A DNA stretch of 61,906 nucleotides, filler included, from Callorhinchus milii (lineage: Eukaryota): NCBI RefSeq assembly GCF_018977255.1. It is 2 parts of 2 records of this genome, joined end to end, with 100 filler letters (N's around TTAATTAATTAA, not from the genome) between each part and the next. Parts side by side here need not be neighbours in the genome. Positions count along the whole stretch, not along the records: positions 31,037 to 61,906 come from NW_024705624.1; 1 more part is not named here. One strand, given 5' to 3'. This document shows positions 50,827 to 61,906 of the stretch, one piece after another (position 1 is the stretch's first letter; every line of letters starts with the position of its first letter). Position numbers and translations under genes: made by a program. A model generated the notes under the pieces. The model was not told where the DNA came from. It saw nothing but the letters and a program-made list of their open reading frames with translations, and made no database searches.

Positions 50827-52510
50827 AAAGAAATACAGCAGGTGAACTGCTGAGGCAGGAGAAATATAGCGGAGAGCTGCTGCAACAAGAGGTTATATAG
50901 GTTTGAGATGGGTGCAACCCAAGCGGAAGTGGGCGGGGCTAGAGATGGAATTTGCATGTAAATGTAAGATCGGAGAGCCTGAAATACCTCACGACTACGG
51001 TGTTGAAGAGGCGGCCATTGTATTTCTAGAGATTAGCATGTCAATCTGTAATTTGCATGTAAATGTAAGATCGGAGAGCCTGATATACTTCACGACAACG
51101 GTGTTGAAGAGGCGGCCATTGTATTGCTAGAGATTAGAGATGAGCATGTCAATGTGAGATGGCTTCCGCAAGCAGCGGCTGTGTTAATAAGAAGATTGGC
51201 ATGTCAGTGTCAGAGAACCGGGCACAATGCCACCTCGTGGGCAACAAAATCTGCGGTGTTGGCCGCTGCACTGAGAGAGACCAGTATGTCAACGCAAGAG
51301 AACCACCGCAACGGTGGCCTTGTCAGTGAGACATTCAGCCTATTAAACAACGAGAGCCACCGCCACATCGAGGAAAAGGGAGCAGCGGCTATGTTAGTGA
51401 GAAATTTAGCCTGTTAATGTAAATACATTTAACAAGGTAATGTAACTCAGAGAGTCGGGAATAACTGCTAACATCGGCAGGTAGGATGGAAGCATCACAG
51501 CCAGTTATGACTTTACCTGGTTAATAACGTCCTTTCAATTATTGCTCAGTTGTACCCATCTTCTCGGTTGAAATTGTGTCTGTTTATATATCTGGATGGC
51601 TTCATGAACAAATCTTTGTTGATAGCTAGTGGGTTTGCAGAGTACCTTCGTCTTGGAGAAATCTATTTCATGTGTGCCCACCGCGTTAAAATAATGATCA
51701 GCCACGGCCGAGGTATTGGTCCTACCGTGTTTCAGATCCGCCTTGTGTTCTCGAACACGTTCTGAGACATGTCGCTTAGTTTCCCCAATGTAACTACTGC
51801 CGCAGACACAGCCTAGTTTGTAGACGCCGGGGTATTGCATGTCAGGGATCACATCCTTCACAGATGGGATAAGATCACAAATTTAATGTACTGTATTGAA
51901 TCGAACCTGGATCTTGAGTTTGCTCATGATTTTGGAAATCTTTTTGGTGACCCATGCTATGTATGGCAAGGTGATGGTTTTGATTGGATCCTCAGATGGT
52001 TCTCTCCTAATGGTTGGGGTGGCAGCTTTACGGATTGTGCAGTCCGAATATCTATTCATCTTGAGGGCTTGGTGTACGTGCTCCAGTTCACTGGCTAGGT
52101 GGTGATGGTCAGAAATGCAATGAGCCCTATGGTGTAGAGTTTTGATGAGGGAATTCACCTGGGCTGGATGGTGGTGGGAGTCAGGTTTTAAATAGGCATC
52201 CGTGTGGGTGGCTTTCCTGTAGATAGTGTCCCAATGAGCCATCTGGTTACTTTTTGATTAAAACATCCAAGAATGGTAACTTGCCATCCTTTTCACCTCC
52301 ATGGTGAATTTGATGGCTGGGTGTATTAATTAATGTGGTTGAAGAATTGGTTCAGTGCTGGCAGGCCATGTGGCCAGATGACAAATGTATCATCTACGTA
52401 TCTCTTCCACAAGGAAGGACGTAGGATGGATGCCTGGATGGCATCTGTCTCCATTAAAATATTGGCTACCACTGGAGACAAGGGAGAACCCATTGAGGTA
52501 CCTTCAACTT

Positions 52511-53253
52511 ATTCTTTGGTTTTTCGGTAAAGTCACGTATAAAAATAAAATAATAAATTAAATAATAGCATACGACGTTTCGATTGCAACACAAGCAATC
52601 ATCATCAGGTATAATAAAATAGCGACATAGAATATAACCAGAAAACTATAGACAGACATATAAGCAGACAGATATCACCAAGATACATAGAGAGAGCAAC
52701 CCAGGTACAGAGAGAGGTGATCGTCTCTGTGGGGTGGCCTTAAATAGACAGAGGGGGGCGGAGGCAGAGAGAGGGAGGGGTAGGGAAAACATTTACATGT
52801 CAATGAGTACGAAGGGAGGGGAGTAAGGTAAGCAGGCTTAGAGGGAGACAGAACACACTAAATTAAATAACCTAGCAAAGTATCGAAGGTTATTTAATTT
52901 AGTGTGTTCTGTCTCCCTCTAAGCGACATGTAAATGTTTTCCCTACCCCCTCCCTCTCTCTGCCTCCGCCCCCCTCTGTCTATTTAAGGCCACCCCACAG
53001 AGACGATCACCTCTCTCTGTACCTGGGTTGCTCTCTCTATGTATCTTGGTGATATCTGTCTGCTTATATGTCTGTCTATAGTTTTCTGGTTATATTCTAT
53101 GTCGCTATTTTATTATACCTGATGATGATTGCTTGTGTTGCAATCGAAACGTCGTATGCTATTATTTAATTTATTATTTTATTTTTATACGTGACTTTAC
53201 CGAAAAAACCAAAGAATAATTCCTGCAGTCACGAAAGCTCCAAAATTAAGATT
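52511..53253. mobile_element. Long palindromic pLTR insertion with 13-bp TSD
   Basis: Arms 52510-52873 and 52887-53220 are near-identical except for a ~33-bp indel. gtaccttcaactt at 52498-52510 and 53254-53266. Confidence 0.9.
53115..53157 (+). ncRNA. Minimal hammerhead ribozyme (mirror copy at 52570-52612, minus strand)
   Basis: atac-CTGATGA-t-gattgc-ttgtgtt-gcaatc-GAAAC-GTC-gtat, with perfect stems I and II. Confidence 0.8.
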
Positions 53254-56217
53254 GTACCTTCAACTTGTTTGTAGAATGTACCATTCCAGGTGAAGTATAT
53301 TCTTGGTGAGGCAGTATCTCACCAGGGCCGGTACATCAGCATTCAGTCCTTGTTGGACCAAATCTTCGATGATTGCAATGGTGTCAGGCACAGGAACTTT
53401 AGTAAACAAAGAAACTACATCGAAACTGACAAGCAAATCACCTGGAGATAGTGAGATGTCTTTAATTAGAGATACCAAGTGAGCTGAATTAAGTACAGCT
53501 GAGGTGGTCTTGCCAGTGAATAGAAGCAGTGTCTCAGACAGAAATCGGGCCAGTTTATAGGTGGGTGAGTCAATGGTGGAGACGATAGGACAGAGTGGTG
53601 TACCTATTCTATTTCTTATTTATATAGCACCCTTTCCAGGGCACTTTACAATGAATTTTAACTGTTTGCCGATAGGTTTCCAGACAGCGCCAGCCACTTT
53701 TCAATGGTTGATGGAGTTGGTCCTGACAGGTCTTCAATGGGACGTCTTTTTTGATTTACTTGGACGACTTCATCATTTTTGGGCGGTCTTTTGAGGAACA
53801 TTTACAGCAGTTGGCACTGGTTTTTTCAAGCATTCAGGGGGCAAGCCTGAAGCTTAAACTGTCTAAGTGCCACCTAGCGCAGTCCTCTGTCAAATATTTG
53901 GGGCACGTCAGCATGGCAGGTGTGGCCACATACCCCGACAAGACTCACTGTGTTCATGACTGACCCCACACCCGTCTCAGTATCGGATGTTCGGAGGTTT
54001 GTTTGATTTGTGTCATACTATCGCCGTTTTGTACTGGATTTTTCCGCCATTGCGAAGCCATTCCATGCGCTTACTGCCAAGGGTCAGAAGTTTCACTGGG
54101 GTCCTGAGGAGGATTTGGCCTTTAGGAATTTGCGAGGGTTTCTTATGGATATTCTGGCACTGGCTTAGCCTGATTTTTAGTTGCCTTTTATATTGGACAC
54201 GGATGCCAGCGATATGCGGTTTGGGGCATGTTATCGCAGGCCCAGTCTGACCGGAAAGTCGTGATCGCCTATGGCAGTTGGGTGCTGTCACCGGCTGAAC
54301 AGCGGTACTCCGTCATGCGCCGGGAACCCCTAACAGTTGTACATTTCGTCTGCCGATTCCGCCCTTATACGGCCAACGATTTGTGGAGAGGACCGACCAT
54401 GCGGCGCTGCAGTTTTCATTCGGCAATCAACATCCTTCGGGCCAGATGGACAGATGGATTGAGTGCCTGCAGGAAATCTCTTATGACGTGGTCCACAGGA
54501 AAGTGATGCGCTACGCCAAGCAGGATGCCTTGTCGGGCTTGCCAGCTAGGACGGCTTGCACTTGCTCTGGGGGTCTGGTAGATGCAGGCCAGCTCCTAAT
54601 GATACGCCGAGCCTTGTAACGCCGATCGACACGCATGCAGGCTCCTCCAAGGCTACGTTGATGGACTGTGATATAGGGCTTAGCCGGGAGGATTTGTTGC
54701 GGTTGCAAATGGAAGATGACATGTTAGCGTCGTTTCGTGCCCTGGTTCACTCTCGCCCCCCAAGTCGATTCTTGCTGCGGCGTCATTTGCGAATGTTAAT
54801 GGCCTGCTTATGCGATGGGAACTCGACACCCAGCGTCACTGGCTGGTTGTTCCTATATCCGTACGGGAACGGCTGGTGGCGGAGGTTCATTGTCACCGTC
54901 TCCTGCACTTGGGTGAATGCAAGACGCTCGCCACGCTTAGAAGTCACTACTTCTGGCCAGGCATGTCAGCAGATGTACGCACGTAGATAGCCACGTGTGC
55001 TGAATGTGCTCGCCTTGTGACAGTGCCATTGCAATCTATCGCTGTCTCCCAGGTGAATGAGCTGGTGGCTCTTGACATTTTAGGACCCTTCCCTCGCACT
55101 GCTTGGGGTCACAAATTTTTGCTCGTGGGTGTTGGGTATTTCACCGTTGGCCTTTGGCATGGCCCCTCGCCAATCGTACGACTGTCTATTGTGGTGGTTT
55201 TCCTGGAGAAGGGTGCCCTGGAGAAATTGCTCACGGATCAGGGCCGCAATTTTTTGTCTAAACCAGTCAGGAGCTGTGCGACATTTTGGGTATGAAGAAG
55301 TTGCTCACATCACCGTACCACCCACAGATTTATGGGATGGTGGAACGCCTAATCTGCACCATAACTGCTATCTTGTGCCAAGTCGTCGATAAGTCAGACC
55401 GACTTGTACCTGCACATTACGGGGGGTTCTCACAGTGTACCGGTTGGCACCTCATACCTCCACAGGATACTCCCCATTTTTCTTAATGTATGGGCAGGAC
55501 CCGGATCCCCCCCATTGGATATCAGCTGGTTGACCTCCCGAGTGGGCAACTAAGTGGCCGACGATGATACGCCGTTCAATGCAGCAGTGACAGTCGACAA
55601 GGGAGGCGGTGCAAGTGGCGGCGGCGTCCGCTCACTTTGTGAACGAACAGACTAGATAGAACGTCATTACTGCTTTTCCTTTCCAGTGGGGGACAATGGC
55701 TTGGTTGCATTACCCCCAGGTTTTCTTGGGGACATGGCAGGGGCCTGTCAAAATTGTTGAAGCTCTTCAGCCCCAGTTTATACATGTCCAATTGGGCTAA
55801 TGCCAGTGGTATGTACACCCTGCGCGGCTGAAGCCTGACGTGTCGAGACATATCACTGAGATGCCACTGCTGGCCGACGCACCACCACACGCAACGCCAC
55901 CACTCACACCTACAGATTCACCCCTATCTGCTCCATCGCCTCCACTGTCACTGGCGAGGTCAGGGGGACAGCCAGCTGCGACGGGACCCCACTAAAGGCT
56001 GATGCCTTCCTCCCCCAGGGCCGCATGTGACGGGAGGGGTGGATCAGCCTCGGATGCTGCTGCCGGCACCTATCACTTGTGCAAAAGTCCGGAGCATGCT
56101 CCTGCGGTGATTGGGGGGGGCGACGATGCGGCACGACGAAGGGACCTGGGAGGATTGTTCAGGATGATTCTCCTTAGGGTTCCCCAAGGCTGATGCATTG
56201 ACGGGGATGTGGTTGCT

Positions 56218-56577
56218 CCATTGGAACCTCCTTTTCCAGTAGCAAAATATGATAATTCTTTTTTTACCCTTTTATCTGGCAACAAAACTGACACATTTTT
56301 TACAAGGAGTCATGTTTGCATTGGCCACAATACCTGCGGTCGGAATGCAAACAAACAACACAACTCTGATAATGTATGCACAACACCATGTGAGACTAGG
56401 TTCTAAGAAAAGCTGTCTTGGGTGTGGACCAATCAATTTCAAGGACAGTGCATACATTATCAGAGTTGTGTTTTTGTTTGCATTCCGACTGCAGGTATTG
56501 TGGTCAATGCAAACATGACTCCTTGTAAAAAAGGTGTCAATTTTGTTGCCAGATAAAAGGGTAAAAAAACAATTATC
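56218..56577. mobile_element. Palindromic non-autonomous element, second family, with 12-bp TSD
   Basis: gatgtggttgct at 56206-56217 and 56578-56589; inverted arms. Confidence 0.82.
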
Positions 56578-57007
56578 GATGTGGTTGCTGTTGACATCCT
56601 GTACAGGCTGTAGTCTGTGCGTTGTGTCACCCTGGCTGTCTTGTGTGTTTTTGTTCCCCCTCCCTCACCGGGATTACACTGTGGGTGTTTAGATGCCTGC
56701 AGGATTGTCAATAATTTTTTATATAAAATATTTGTGGTTGTGTATGCTTATGTTGTTCGCCCTTTCTCCAGTTGTTGTGTTACACAAGCGCGGGTTGTCA
56801 TTTGGAGGGTGTGCTGCTGGTGTGCGTCCGCATGCTGAGATGGGACACACATGCACATTTGAGGGTGATGCGTTCATGGATGACTTGTGCTGGCACCTTC
56901 TTTATTTGGGCAAATGGTGCGGTGTATCTGGACATTGGGCTCGTCCCGGTGCCACGCAGCGGGGTTGTTACGTTGAGGACAACTTTTTTTTCAGGTTGGT
57001 GAGGTGA

Positions 57008-57396
57008 TGTAGGATACTCAGGGCTGTGATAATTCGGAAGAGAGAAGCAGTACATAGCTGTCAGCAGAGTCTCGCAGTTCTCCCATTGGAGAATGAGCCG
57101 CTGGCCGCATGGCCGCACGCTGCGATAATTCGGAAGAGAGAAGAAGTACATAGCTGTCAGCAGAGTCTCGCAGCTCTCCCATTGGAGAATGAGCCGCTGG
57201 CAGCATGGCGCGCTCTAGGAAAGGTCCTTACGGGGGACATGATTGGAGGAGGAGAGAGCAGGATGAAAGAGGCCGGGCGAGGAAAATAGCGGGAGTCGCG
57301 GGGAGAGAGAGCATGGAGATGGCTGCGTGAAGCGAAGCTGAAGAGAGAAATAAAAAGGGTTAATACTTACCTGTCTCCCTCGTAGATTTCATTACA
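57008..57396 (+). repeat. 3' LTR containing a 96-bp tandem duplication
   Basis: Follows purine-rich ggtgaggtga, has TGTA...TACA ends and AATAAA at ~57348. Repeat units start at 57028 and 57124. Confidence 0.75.
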
Positions 57397-57728
57397 AATG
57401 TAAAACACATATTGTATTAAAGAGCTTAGCTTTGAGGTTGATCTTCGGCAATTCCACACAGCTGTGTTTGTTGTTATTGATGTTATACTCACCTGTACTT
57501 TCACTTGCCTGTAGACTCTCTCACTTCTACCATGACCTGTACACTCACCTGTACACTTATTAAGTTTATTAGCCTAACTCCAGAATAAAGGGATCAATCT
57601 GGGTTTCTGAAGTGATTTGAGATTTTTTGACTGAGTTTCAAAGATGTTTTTATAGCCACATGCCATCTTTTGATAGCACAGTTGTAATTTAATTTGTGAT
57701 CAAACCTTTCCATATTTCCTCTGCACAG

Positions 57729-57968
57729 ATGGATCCGCCATGGGTGCAGTCATCCTTTGAAGGTATCGGTGGAGACCTGTCAAAGGCCAGTGGTTGTAGA
57801 GATACAATCTCAAGCCTTAGACCACACATACCAGTTGCAAGCAAAGTTAAATCCCGACGTGGTGCTGCTGCTGCTTCTTGTGCTGCCATGGCCAAAACTG
57901 GGTGGCGACAGGACTACAACAGAGACAGTGCAGAGAGCTGGGTGGAGCGGCATGCGCCAACAACAACG
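57729..57968 (+). CDS. Candidate isolated 240-bp exon, product unknown
   Basis: Strong acceptor (tttcctctgcacag|) and donor (cg|gtgagg), open phase 0/0 frame, no recognisable motif. Confidence 0.25.
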
Positions 57969-58221
57969 GTGAGGCCCCCCCAGTGGTAGGCTGGACCATG
58001 ATTACACTTGTGACCATTCTTCCAGGACTCCTACTTCTAAAGGCTATTGCTTGAGGTCCCGCTTGACCTTCATTGTTGAAATAAAATGTGTTCATGCTGC
58101 CCCTAATGGGGTGACGTCCGCTTCACTAGGCCATGTCCACTAACCTAGGCCATACTGCTGGGACACGACTTGTACCTTGCAGGAAGTTTTGCGTATCAGT
58201 GTGTTTTAAGTTTTGTGTACT

Positions 58222-58497
58222 GGTAGTGTAGCGGATAACACTTTGCACTACTAAACTGGCAACTCGAATTCGATTCCTGCTCATGGCCAACATCAGTGAG
58301 GCGATTATCTGAACCAGTTCTGGGCCTCTCCTCGTTCGACTCAGCCTCAAATAAGTACGTGGTGGAGTGTGTAAACATCACCACTTGGGAGACAATGGCA
58401 GCCGGACTTGGTGCTGGCCACCTCTACCCCCTTGTGCACCGTACCAGCCTTCATAGGTGCTCACTAACAACACTTGCCCCAACAGTCTGTTAAGGCA
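58222..58497 (+). mobile_element. tRNA-derived SINE, older copy
   Basis: ggtagtgtagcgg...ttcgattcc...tcgactcagcctcaaataagtac...cagtctgttaaggc. Confidence 0.75.
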
Positions 58498-58739
58498 TCT
58501 CATCCTGCCTGACAGCCATGCAAGCCTGGATGACCGAAAATTTCCCTTCCCTAAATCCTTCCAAAACTTCGATGCTTTTATTTCAATCCTCTCGCTCAAC
58601 CCTTCCTGCACCCCTCATTTCTTTACCCCCCCCCCCCCATTAGCCTCTTCCCAAACTCTACCACACTCACTCTCGGTGTTACCTTCGATTCCACTCTCTC
58701 CTTCATTTTTCACATTACAAACACCACTCGCACATGGCG

Positions 58740-58953
58740 TTACCATCTGTACAACATCAGGAAAATCCGCCCACTCATCACTACCACACTCCCTTGTCTT
58801 CACTCGTCTGGATTACTGCAACTCACTCCTGGTCGGTCTCCCTGCTTACGCCTTTATCTCTCTCCAACACATCCAAAACGCATCTGCACGGACTGTACTC
58901 AACCTTTCATTCACATCTCACTGCTCTCCTCTCCTTCAATAACTTCACTGGCT
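58740..58953 (+). mobile_element. L2/CR1-group LINE ORF2 3' fragment
   Basis: LVFTRLDYCNSLLVGLP...LQHIQNASAR...SPLLQ*LHWL. Confidence 0.8.
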
Positions 58954-60600
58954 TTCGTGACTGCAGGGATTCATCTTCTTGGTTCTTTCGGTAAAGTCAC
59001 GTAGAATGGAAATAATAAAATAAAATAAATTAAACATAATAAAATAATTCTCACGACGTTTTGGCCACAACGCAAGCAGCCGTCCTCAGGTGAAGAACAG
59101 GTCTGTCGGGAAGACAGTGTCAGAATGAAACACCCCAGGCTTGGAGCGTATATTTAATCTGGGTTGGAGGGGGAAGAGCGCCTTGACAAAACAATTTGCA
59201 TATGAAGAGGAATTTAGCATATTTATGGGAAATGCAGATATGGGATTAGTACTACTTGTGAAATGCGTAGGAGGTGGGCGGGGGGTTTCAAAGTCATATT
59301 ATGCCCGTGTATTATGCAGGATTAGCAGCATCAAAGGGAGGGGATAGGGGTAGCATTAATAAAGGGAAGGAATGTTAATAGTATGTAGCTGCAGTAACTA
59401 AACCACCACGTAAAAACTAAAGTATAAACTACATAGTATCATCAGTATACTAAATATACTCTCCAATAAGCTGAGCTACTAACAGTAAGTAATACATTAC
59501 AATTCTATGTCGCAAAAAATATAATATGCTTCCAGCTAAACTTTTTCTCTTACATCACACGGGTCTACCCCATACTATATACTGCCATAGACAAACCCAA
59601 CATTAAATTATATACTGTATTACTATATACCACCCTATACCTTCGACTATACATTGTAATATTACACTATGTATTATTCTACCCACCCTACTGTATATCA
59701 CACTGCTGTATATTCACTATACAATTACGATACTATATATTACCTTATACATTGTATTAAACATTACAATTTTATACTATTTATTATTATACAATCTGCT
59801 ATACACTATACCATTGACCGTCGCGTGAAAGATACTAAGAGGAAGCAACGAAATATGTCAATGGGAGAGTAGTGGTAGGAGACTTGCAGCGGAGCAAAGA
59901 ATCCATTCCCTGCGGAGAATACAAGATATATAGTCAATGCCAGTGAGTGGACTGCGGTCTGAAAGTCACCGTAAACGTGAACACAATCAGTTAAGATCCG
60001 AAATGGTTTATTACGTCCTTCCAATGATTGCTGAGCCAGAATCCATCTTCTCGGTTGAAATTGTCTCTGTGTTTGTATATGTGGATCGCCTCGTGAACGA
60101 ATCTCTCATGGTAGCCAGATGGCTTGCAGAGAACCTCTGTCTTGGAGAAGTCATTATCACGTGAGCCCACTGGTGGCTTTCCTGTAGACAGAGTGGCTCA
60201 TTGAACCATCAGGTCTCCTTTTAATTAGGACATCCAAAAAGGGTAGCTTGCCATCTTTCTCGACTTCCATGGTGAATCTGATGGTTGGGTGTATGGAATT
60301 GATGTGGTCGAGGAATTGGTCTAGAGCAGGCCGGCCATGTGGCCAGATGACAAAAGTGTCATCTACGTACCTCTTCCATAAGGTCGGGCGCAGAGTGGCA
60401 GTCTGGATGGCGTCAGTCTCAAATTTCTCCATGAAAACGTTGGCTACAACCGGAGATAGGGGGAGCCCATTGGAGTGCCCTCTGTTTGTAGAAAGTTCCA
60501 TTCCAGGTGAAGTATGTATTGGTTAAGCAGTGTCTCACCAGGGGGGGTACCCCAGTATTCAGTCCTTGATGAACCAAGTCTTCAATGATTGCGATGGTGT
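58951..60600 (-). mobile_element. Penelope-like element (RT fragment, GIY-YIG end, pLTR) with internal deletion
   Basis: PLSPVVANVFME...WKRYVDDTF...LPFLDV...VYRK joined to the endonuclease C-terminus. The pLTR hammerhead at 59051-59093 has GAAA changed to AAAA. Confidence 0.88.
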
Positions 60601-61906
60601 CTTATTTTTTATTATTTTATTACTTCCCTTCTACGTGACTTTACCGAAAGAACCAAGAAGACAGTACATAAAATCCGTGATCTGGTCGCGTCTGTAAAAG
60701 ATGTGGTTCCAGACATATAGTACCCTGGCGTCTACAAACTAAGTTTCCTCTGTGGTAGCAGTTACATTGGAGAAACCAAACGACATGTCTCGGACCGCAT
60801 CCGTGAACATAAAGCAGACTTGAAACATGGTAGGACAAACACCTCAGCCGTGGCAGATCACTGTTACAATTCAGTGGGCTCACATGATATTGACTTCTCC
60901 AAGACAGAGGTTCTCTGCAAGCCATCTGGCTACCATGAGAGATTCGTTCATGAGGCGATCCACATATACAAACACAGAGACAATTTCAACCGAGAAGATG
61001 GATTCTGGCTCAGCAATCATTGGAAGGACGTAATAAACCATTTCGGATCTTAACTGATTGTGTTCACGTTTACGGTGACTTTCAGACCGCAGTCCACTCA
61101 CTGGCATTGACTATATATCTTGTATTCTCCGCAGGGAATGGATTCTTTGCTCCGCTGCAAGTCTCCTACCACCACTCTCCCATTGACATATTTCGTTGCT
61201 TCCTCTTAGTATCTTTCACGCGACGGTCAATGGTATAGTGTATAGCAGATTGTATAATAATAAATAGTATAAAATTGTAATGTTTAATACAATGTATAAG
61301 GTAATATATAGTATCGTAATTGTATAGTGAATATACAGCAGTGTGATATACAGTAGGGTGGGTAGAATAATACATAGTGTAATATTACAATGTATAGTCG
61401 AAGGTATAGGGTGGTGTATAGTAATACAGTATGTAATTTAATGTTGGGTTTGTCTATGGCAGTATATAGTACGGGGTAGACCCGTGTGATGTAAGAGAAA
61501 AAGTTTAGCTGGAAGCATATTATATTTTTTGCGACGTAGAATTGTAATGTATTACTTACTGTTAGTAGCTCAGCTTATTGGAGAGTATATTTAGTATACT
61601 GATGATACTATGTAGTTTATACTTTAGTTTTTTACGTGGTGGTTTAGTTACTGCAGCTACATACTATTAACATTCCTTCCCTTTATTAATGCTACCCCAT
61701 CCCCTCCCTTTGATGCTGCTAATCCTGCATAATGCACGGGCATAATGACTTTGAAACCCCCCGACCACCTCCTACGCATTTCACAAGTAGTACTAATCCC
61801 ATATCTGCATTTCCCATAAATATGCTAAATTCCTCTTGATATGCAAATTCTTTTGTCAAGGCGCTCTTCCCCTCCAACCCAGCTTAAATATACGCTCCAA
61901 GCCTGG
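60601..61906 (+). mobile_element. Penelope-like element, inverted partner copy (runs off the window end)
   Basis: GIY-YIG (PGVYKL...YIGETKR) and a 3' region near-identical to the reverse complement of 59136-60152. Confidence 0.88.

Larger units (their letters stand above)
50744..53605 (-). mobile_element. Penelope-like element (RT, GIY-YIG, pLTR), degenerate
   Basis: LVSFDVVSLFTKVP, RYVDDTF, YRKATHTDAYL and PGVYKLGCVCGSSYIGETKR peptides. pLTR with hammerhead at 50784-50826 and a ~101-bp tandem duplication at 50950-51137. Confidence 0.9.
53670..57396 (+). mobile_element. Degenerate gypsy/Ty3 element (RT, RNase H, integrase, 3' LTR)
   Basis: APATFQ..IYLDDFIIFG, LDTDASD, ALDILGPFP, LLTDQGRNF and TSPYHPQIYGMVER peptides, with many frameshifts. 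Confidence 0.88.

Noticed and set aside
57689..57895. Minus-strand ORF containing DRSPP as the SH3BP2 tankyrase-binding exon
   Set aside because: It reads RSPPIP rather than RxxPDG, and there are no convincing minus-strand splice sites.
550..60660. Recurrent cgtgactttaccgaaagaacc motif as a CRISPR-like repeat
   Set aside because: Dispersed in both orientations, no regular spacers, eukaryotic context; explained by Penelope ends.

Overview
Repeat-dense eukaryotic DNA, most likely from a vertebrate; the transposon mix suggests a lamprey-like jawless fish, but that is inference. The one well-supported host gene is the last four coding exons of an SH3BP2/3BP2-like SH2 adaptor on the minus strand (35162-39946). 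Most of the rest is mobile DNA: a near-intact IR/DR Tc1 element, a 5'-truncated HERO-type (RT + REL endonuclease) non-LTR element, two degenerate gypsy elements with 3' LTRs, RTE and L2 fragments, tRNA-derived SINEs, a hAT MITE, and many Penelope-like (PLE) pieces. The PLE pieces carry minimal hammerhead ribozymes and often form TSD-flanked palindromic insertions. The most novel-looking natural feature is a hammerhead-like core with permuted, pseudoknotted strand order in the HERO 3' UTR (44072-44148). The ~15.7 kb block 12672-28363 looks statistically random (shuffled or synthetic), and I call no genes in it. The 100-bp gap at 30937-31036 contains an artificial TTAATTAATTAA linker. All calls are by eye; no searches were run.
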